64,000 nt of DNA. Origin: Adineta vaga (lineage: Eukaryota > Animalia > Rotifera). The notes beneath the pieces were generated by a model. That model was not told where the DNA came from. It saw only the letters and a program-made list of their open reading frames with translations, and did not search any database. Each line of letters starts with the position of its first letter. Position 1 is the stretch's first letter. The stretch lies in the NCBI GenBank assembly GCA_021613535.1, contig CP075496.1, positions 12,524,001 through 12,588,000 of the forward strand, written 5' to 3'. Position numbers and translations under genes: made by a program. Below are positions 56,299 to 64,000 of the stretch, piece by piece.

Positions 56299-58769
56299 AT
56301 CTGTAATTGTAAACTTGGCTCGTTGATAGATTCTATGAATGCATTATCTAAAAAATTTTCAACGAGAATAGAAAAGAATTCTATTTTTAAATAGAGAAGA
56401 AACAAATAACAATAAATGTAAAGGGAGAAAAAAATCTTTTGTGGAGGTAGTAAATTAACTTCATTATATGATAAGATAGAAAGACGTCAATGAGATAAAT
56501 ATCTCGATTTTGTTTTTCATATGATATAGACATAGCTGAAGTGCAAAAAAAAGAGAAAGAAAGAAAGAAAGAAAAAAAATTGATTTAATAATACAAAAAC
56601 GGATTGATGTACGTCCAGGTAGAATATCAGACAGTTACTTTCATTCAGTGATATTTTTATCAAGATTACTTTTGTTAATTTGAGAAGACAGATCAATTAA
56701 AGAAAAAGAGACTATCTGATTACAAAGAGAAAGAGAGAAAAATCTTATCCTTTTGACTTACGTAGTTTCTTTCTAGGACGAAATCTACTATCTAATAGAA
56801 TACTGATAATGATAGGGCTATTCTATAGTAACTACCTAATAGTCAACTAGTATATAATGATAGACATGATGGAATAGCTGGTAAAGAAGAGCGACGGAGA
56901 AAAAGACGAAGAATAAAGAGACAGAAGGTTGAGAATTTATTCTTCTCAATGGGCATCCACCAAAATAATTGCCCTTTTTATTGTCTTACAAGAACGTACA
57001 AATCCACATACTGATGAACTTCAGTTAGTAGAACAATTCTCTAACTGTTGTCAGGAAAAGATAAGAGTAAGGAAAAATACTTTTTTTTTAGTAGCTTTTT
57101 TTCCCTACCTTTATAGCATTTCTTCTTTATCAGCATCATTACTATTCTTCTATGCTCTTTTCTCTTCCTTTATATATATATATATATATAGCTAACAAGC
57201 AAAATGTAAGCATATCATCTGACAGTAGGAGTAACCGTTAGATAATATCGACAGAGGAATGTATCTTCGATGTTTAAACTGTCACAAATCAATAACAAAA
57301 AAGACCTGTATGATTATATTTATGCAAATGAAGACAGATACGTGTCACTAAATCGTCCATAAGATTGATATTAATCAGTATTGATCGATTCATACCTACT
57401 GTGTGCAAAATCATCTTTTCAAACTCATCGTATTCTCAGTACAAAAAACGAATCCATTGACTAATTCTACACATACATATAATTTATTATTCACTTGTCA
57501 AGAAAAATAAAATAAAGAAAGAAAGAATAAGGTTTCTCTTCTTTTCTCTATGCTCAAAAACATGTTAGACTACAACTCCTACTTGAGAAAAAAAAAAGAT
57601 GCGTTCTTATATTATTATTACACAATATCCAACTAGCAAGAAAAATACAGATTGTCTCTAATTGGTAACTAGTAACGGAATGAAATCCTGTACCAAAGCA
57701 CAAAAACCGGTAGTTGTCATATCCTGTATTAAAAACTCGTTATGAAAGTAAAATTCTGACATGTATATATTCGTTATAAATAGAATTTTCTGATCTTTGA
57801 ATGAATCAATCGATAAACAAGAAATACTTATGCGATGTTCTGGTTCGTGTGTGTTTTAATCTGGTTCTTCTTCTTTTTTATGGATTCTTTCGTGTATAAG
57901 ATGATCATTGATGATGTTGTTTCTCAAGTCATTGAAATACTCATATTAATAACAAATCAGAGATTTTCTTGTTACTTTTTTTCTCTTCTCTCTTCGATCT
58001 TTGCGTGACTGAAGAAAAAGCCGGAGAGTGATGAAAAACGTCAATAAGGTCCTTATGGAATCACACTATACGATTTGAACCATGATGTTTAAAATCAAAA
58101 AGAATATGCTAATTAATGTCTGTTAATATGTTACAGAAAAGATTTTTCTCGTAAAGTTCACATTTTCGATTGTCTACATTTTTTTCAATTATTAATTTAT
58201 GAGTTCCGAGAATGAAAAAAAATACCTAATTGTTTCAAATAATAGGTCAAAAAATCTTTTTTTCTTCTCGAACAAAGGAAATGACATTTGTTGTCGATAA
58301 TGACAAGATTCGTCAAAGAAAAACAAAACTCCTTTTTTTCTCCAATTCTTTCTAAAATATATTCTTTTATAAAAGAATCAAAAAGGATATAAATTATCAT
58401 TGTCAAACCTATTTAAATCATAAATCATTCAGTAGTGACATCTATTATTTTTATTTATGAAATAAATCTAGGAAAGATGTTGAATCGAATCAAATAAAAA
58501 AACAATGTTAATTTCATGTTTAAAATGAAATTTTCTTTTCAAAAAAATCCTATTATTGCATCACCACAACGCATAGCATGTCAATGACTCATGATTTTAT
58601 CCAACAAATTGTCGAGTCTCACATAAAAATAAAGTCCCATATATAAACACATAAACAATCCGTTCGTTCGTTTGTTCATCGTGTTTATACCTCGAATTAT
58701 TTACATTCTTTTTTGTTCAATTTGTTTTCATCTTTTTTATTCGCATCATTCAAAGAAAAAACATACTAC

Positions 58770-61700
58770 ATGACGAGTTTTGCCAGTCCAAAATTACCAC
58801 AATCTGTTCTATCCACCAATACAAATAGCACAAAAAGTTCATCATCACCACCGATCAAAAAAGAATTAAATAATAATAAAACACCAACATCAAATGGAAG
58901 TACTTCGAAATCACCAGCATTCATCAATAAAAAACCTCCAATTCAAAGTTCACCAATAAAACGTAAAACTCGTGTTCTATCTGATAGTGAAGAATCGGAC
59001 GATGATAATCAATCATTGGTAAGATAAATAAAAACGTTTTCTTCATAGCGCCTAGTTTTATTTTTTTCAAATTCATATACGAATTATGTCTGTTCAGTTT
59101 ACATTCTTTGAATATTTAGTTCGTGTTAGAATTTAAAAACAAATATATCAATACATTTTTCTTTTGTTTATTCAGGCTAAAAAAGCAGCAGCAACCAATG
59201 GTCAACCGATAACAACAGCAAATGTTACGCATACATCTCAATCTAAGCCGGTATCTACGCCTACCAAAACAGATTCTCCTCAATCATCTACTGTAAAAAA
59301 AGAATCAACACCCACACCAAGTCCAATCATTAAAAAAGAATTAACGACTCCAACGATTAAAAAAGAAGCAACTACGCCTGTAGTTAAAAAAGAAACAACA
59401 ACTCCGGTTGTAATTAAAAAAGAACCCAAAATAGAACCATCACCGTCAAAACGTAAAAGTACAACTATTGATTCCGATGATGATGATGATGCTCCATTAG
59501 TAAGTAACTAGATGAAATATTTTCTTTCACTTATCGAATTCTTTTTAGGCGAAAAAAGCGAAAAGTCAACTCGAGAAAAAATCTAATTCTACAACGCCGA
59601 TTGTTGTAAAAAAAGAAAAATTATCATCAGCATCAACTTCAACATCCAAATCTCCATCAACGTCGAATAAAAAACCAACACCAACTATTAAACAGGAAAA
59701 AATCACACCGAAAAAAGAATCCAAACCGATTGTTAGTTCGACACCAACAAAAGAAACAACAACTGGGAAACGAAAGAAAAAAGAAGAAGAAGATATTTGG
59801 CGATGGTAAACATTCATAATTACTTAGTTTTTTTCTTGATTCTCCTATTATTTTCCGTTTAGGTGGGAAGATGAACAATATACTGATGGTCGTAAATGGA
59901 CGACTCTTGAACATAAAGGACCATTATTTTCATCCCCATACGAACCATTACCATCTAATGTGAAGTTCTTCTATAATGGTACGTCATTGTTTCTTATTTA
60001 AACAATAGTTTTTCATAATCTAATTCTTTTTTTAGGTGCCGAAATAAAATTAAAGCAACCTGCAGAAGAAATAATGACATTTTATGCGCGTATGCTTGAT
60101 CATGATTATACTTCGAAACCTGTTTTTAACACTAATTTTATGACTGATTGGCGTAAATCAATGACACAAGCAGAACGTGAAGTAATCAAAGATGTACGTA
60201 AATGTGATTTTACTCAAGTAGCAAATTATTTCAAAGAACAAACTGAATTACGGAAAAATATGAGTAAAGAAGAAAAAAAACGATTGAAAGAAGAAAATGA
60301 AAGTATTCGAAAAGAATATGGTTTTTGTTTATGGGATGGACATCGACAACCTGTAGGAAATTATAAAATAGAACCACCTGGTCTCTTTCGTGGTCGAGGT
60401 GAACATCCAAAAATGGGATGTTTGAAAAAACGTATTCAACCTGAAGATATTATTATCAATATTGGTCGCCATGCACCAATACCAAAACCACCCGAAGGAC
60501 ATCGATGGAAAGAAGTTCGTCATGATAATAAAGTTACATGGCTTGTTATGTGGACAGAAAATATTCGAGGAAATCATAAATATATTATGTTAAGTGCATC
60601 CTCTCGTGTCAAGGTTTGTATTTTCATGTGTATGAAAGAAAAAAAATTGAAATTTTTACTCCAATTTTTCTCTTTATTAGGGCGAACGTGATTGGCAAAA
60701 ATATGAAAAAGCACGAAAACTTCATCGGGTCATTGATAAAATACGTGAAAATTATCAAATTGATTGGAAAAGTAAAGAAATGCGTATACGTCAACGTGCT
60801 GTTGCACTTTATTTTATCGATAAAGTAATTTGAAGCTTATTGTTAATCTTCATATACAAATATTTCTCTTTCTCTTAAGCTCGCACTCCGTGCTGGTAAT
60901 GAAAAAGATGAAGATGAAGCTGATACTGTTGGTTGTTGTTCATTACGTGTTGAACATATACAATTACATGATCGAATTGATAGTCTTGGTGAAAATGTCG
61001 TGGAATTCGATTTTCTTGGTAAAGATAGTATAAGGTAAAATTACAACTATTTATTATATGTTCTCAATAATTAGTTTCATCTTTTTTAGATACAATAATA
61101 AAGTTGCTGTTGAACCACGTGTATATAAGAATTTAAAATTATTCATGGAAAATAAAGAAGGCGAAGATGAATTATTCGATCGTCTTACAGTAAGAAAAGA
61201 CAAAGTTTGAAATCTAAATCATTTTTTCATCTCTTATTCTCTTATAGACAGCAAGTTTAAACCAATATTTAAGCGAATTAATGGACGGTTTGACTGCTAA
61301 AGTTTTCCGAACATATAATGCTTCAAAAACTCTTCAAGAACAACTTGATCTTCTTACAGATCGAAAAGCTTCTGTTGCAGAAAAAGTTCTCGCTTATAAT
61401 CGTGCTAATCGGCAAGTTGCATTATTATGCAACCATCAACGTTCCATACCTAAAACCTTTGAAAAAAGCATGGGCGCTTTGAAAACGAAAGTAAGTTTTA
61501 CGAGAAAAATGTTTTCATTTCAAATATTTTCCAAACGATGTTTTTCATTTAGATTGATGCAAAGAAAAGTGAAGTTAATGAATTGAAAGGCGAATTAAAA
61601 CGAGCTAAAGCTGAATATAAAAATTCGAAAAGTCAAGCATCGCAAAAAAAAGTCGAAGTAACAGAAAAGAAATTACAACGATCTGAAGAGACTTTACAAA

Positions 61701-62050
61701 AATTAGAAGTTCAAGCAACAGATCGTAAAGAAAATGCAGATATTGCACTTGGAACATCAAAATTAAATTATCTCGATCCACGAATTAGTGTTGCATGGTA
61801 AGAATACAATCAACTAATTCTTGATTTTCATATTTCTGTTTTCAGGTGCAAAAAATGGAGTGTTCCTATTGAAAAAATCTATTCAAAAACTCAACGTGAT
61901 AAATTTCGTTGGGCTATTGATATGGCAACTTCAGATTATCATTTTCATAATTATAAAGGTGAAATTGTTTTACGTAATATTGATGAAAGTAATAATAATG
62001 GTGAAGGTGATGATGAAGATGACGATGAACAAAATTCGGTAGAGGCGTGA
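58770..62050 (+). CDS. TOP1: DNA topoisomerase I (type IB), multi-exon
   Basis: [68 protein letters not shown], catalytic [10 protein letters not shown]. Confidence 0.97.
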
Positions 62051-62578
62051 TTTTCTCGTCTTGTTTCGTCACTAAACTTTTCTTTCTTCATCATTCATAT
62101 ATTGCTTTTTCATTTTCTTTCTTTTTCTTCTGATTTGTCCGCTTACAATGTTCGTTTTTGTCTTGTTTTCTTTTTTTCTGCTTCTTCTTCATTTTTCTTT
62201 TCTTTTTCTCATTACAATGTTTATTCGTATTGACTAATAAAGATGGAGAGAGAGAGAGAAAACTAACTAGCAAAAATCATTTGTGATTGTTTTTAATATT
62301 TATCATATGAAAAACAAAAAAAGGATCAGCAATTAACATGACAAATGTCAGAAAATATTGATCGAATCAAATATAATTCAATGATATGAAATTCAAACAT
62401 TAACACAAATGACATTTTATCAATTGATTAATAGACAAGATATTTCATTCATTTCTTTCAATGGTTATTTTATGACTCCTTTTATATTCTTACAGTGTCA
62501 CATCTGTTACTCATATAAACAGAGATGTGTATATAAATCAAAGCAATTTCTTTAGTTCGAATTGATAGTTTCTTTGCA

Positions 62579-62902
62579 ATGGTGCAAACAATGAATCATC
62601 CAAAACAAATGCCCCAACAGTCACAAGAAGTACATCATAAACCGCAAACGATTATCATTGTTTATGAACAACCGAAAGTGAATGTTGTACGTCAATATAC
62701 GAAAACATTCGTTCCTCATGTTAATCCTGTCGAATATGAAAAACGGTTTAGTAATGTTCTACTTGATACAGCAACATTATTAGATTTCGTTCGACGACTT
62801 AATATTCAAGAAGATCTAGTAAGATGAACTACTTTTCAAGAAGAAAAATTATTCTTTCTATTCTTTTAGATAACACCTCCATCTTATCGTCATATGAAAT
62901 AA
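62579..62902 (+). CDS. Small uncharacterised protein, 2 exons
   Basis: ORF with IIIVYEQPKVNVVRQY...NPVEYEKRFSNVLLDTATLL; intron ~62819-62869, stop ~62900-62902. Confidence 0.6.
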
Positions 62903-64000
62903 AAGATACGAAACTATGAAGATTAGTAATGGATTGTTAACATCATGATTGAATTGAAAAGAGAATGAACATATGCTTTCGATGAAACTTATGTATATAT
63001 ATCTGAGTCGAGCTTTTTTGTCTTTTTTTTCTGAAAAGTTAACCATGCTTGTAATAAACATCTATGCGTATCGAAAAGAATTAAAATGAACTTACCCGAA
63101 TCGTTGATCATTTGGTTTATAATCTGATAAGTTTTTAAATCTTCTATATAAAAACAAAAAGAGATGAAAAGTTGCCGATTCATTAATTTTCTTTTGACGA
63201 ATTATTTTCATCTGAAAGAACAAGAAAATCCTTTTCAGAATCATGCATCTTTGATCTATATCATACTTCCGATAATTAAGAACAAAGAATTTGTTTTTTC
63301 GATGTTGATAATTGATTTATCAAAGGTTTACTTTAATTAATGATGTAAAAATGGTTGTTGTTGAACGTTGTTGCTTCATCTTTTACTTTCTTTCGATATA
63401 AGAATAATAATATAATCAGAATTGTTGAAAGATTTTTATTAGAATTTATCCTAAGGACATTGAATGTCGTTTGTTTTATCTCAGAATTAGATTAGAGTCT
63501 ACATTGTTGAGACAAACTGTCGTTTTATTAGAAATAAGCTTCGCAGTTTACTTTCCTATCGTATGGAAAAACTAGAGAGAGAGAGAACTCTTTACTGTGC
63601 AGAATCTTATTTGTATTTATTATTAGAATATATTGATAGTTCTGACTAGCTGTCTTACGTCCATCAGTGATTCATTAATGATTTGTTTCTATTTTCATCT
63701 CTTTTATTATACGGTCGTATTGTTTTGCTGAATATATGCATCGATGATGAAAGCATATCTTAATGCATTTTATTTGAATATTAATAATAGATCTTATATA
63801 GCAGAATATTGATTTTTGAATGAAGAGAGAAAGTGATCGAAGATGTAAATGTTTGAATAAGAAGTTTTGAAGATAAATTGTAATAGATATATATATATAT
63901 ATATATATACTGAATAGATTGTTTACAATCATAAATCTGTCATGATCTTGAAAATTGTCAATATTTATGTCCATTTAGATAGAAATCTAAGAGATAATGA

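Noticed and set aside
56400-58700. Long GPCR-TOP1 intergenic region with short ORFs
   Set aside because: Low-complexity AT-rich sequence, likely UTR introns and promoters; no supportable feature
62950-64000. Possible minus-strand exons near the window end
   Set aside because: Splice-like signals present but no consistent frame or recognisable product could be built

Overview
AT-rich, gene-dense eukaryotic (metazoan) DNA with many short (~50-65 nt) GT-AG introns. This architecture plus apparent foreign genes suggests a bdelloid rotifer (inference only). Recognisable genes in order: 3' half of a T-type Ca channel (Cav3), NVL AAA-ATPase, HP1-like chromo/chromoshadow protein, mitochondrial Asn-tRNA synthetase, a BAF-domain protein with a frameshifted tail, a frameshifted SLC25A10, a plant/fungal-type multi-TM RING-H2 ligase, aldo-keto reductase, MED4, TSC2-like (hosting a nested antisense gene), two head-to-head Ly6/three-finger genes, a ~3 kb repeat/hairpin-rich gap, PTPN13-like, an intronless bacterial-type PIG-L/LmbE deacetylase, a neuropeptide precursor, a tandem-repeat polyprotein, CD225-like, a His-rich protein, a peptide GPCR, TOP1 and small orphans. 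The most striking item is the secreted polyprotein at 49563-50855 (-), which appears to release six amidated, amphipathic helix-Pro-helix peptides from acidic spacers, as in frog/spider antimicrobial or cytolytic peptide precursors. Exon boundaries were read by eye, family assignments are from motif recall, and no searches were run.
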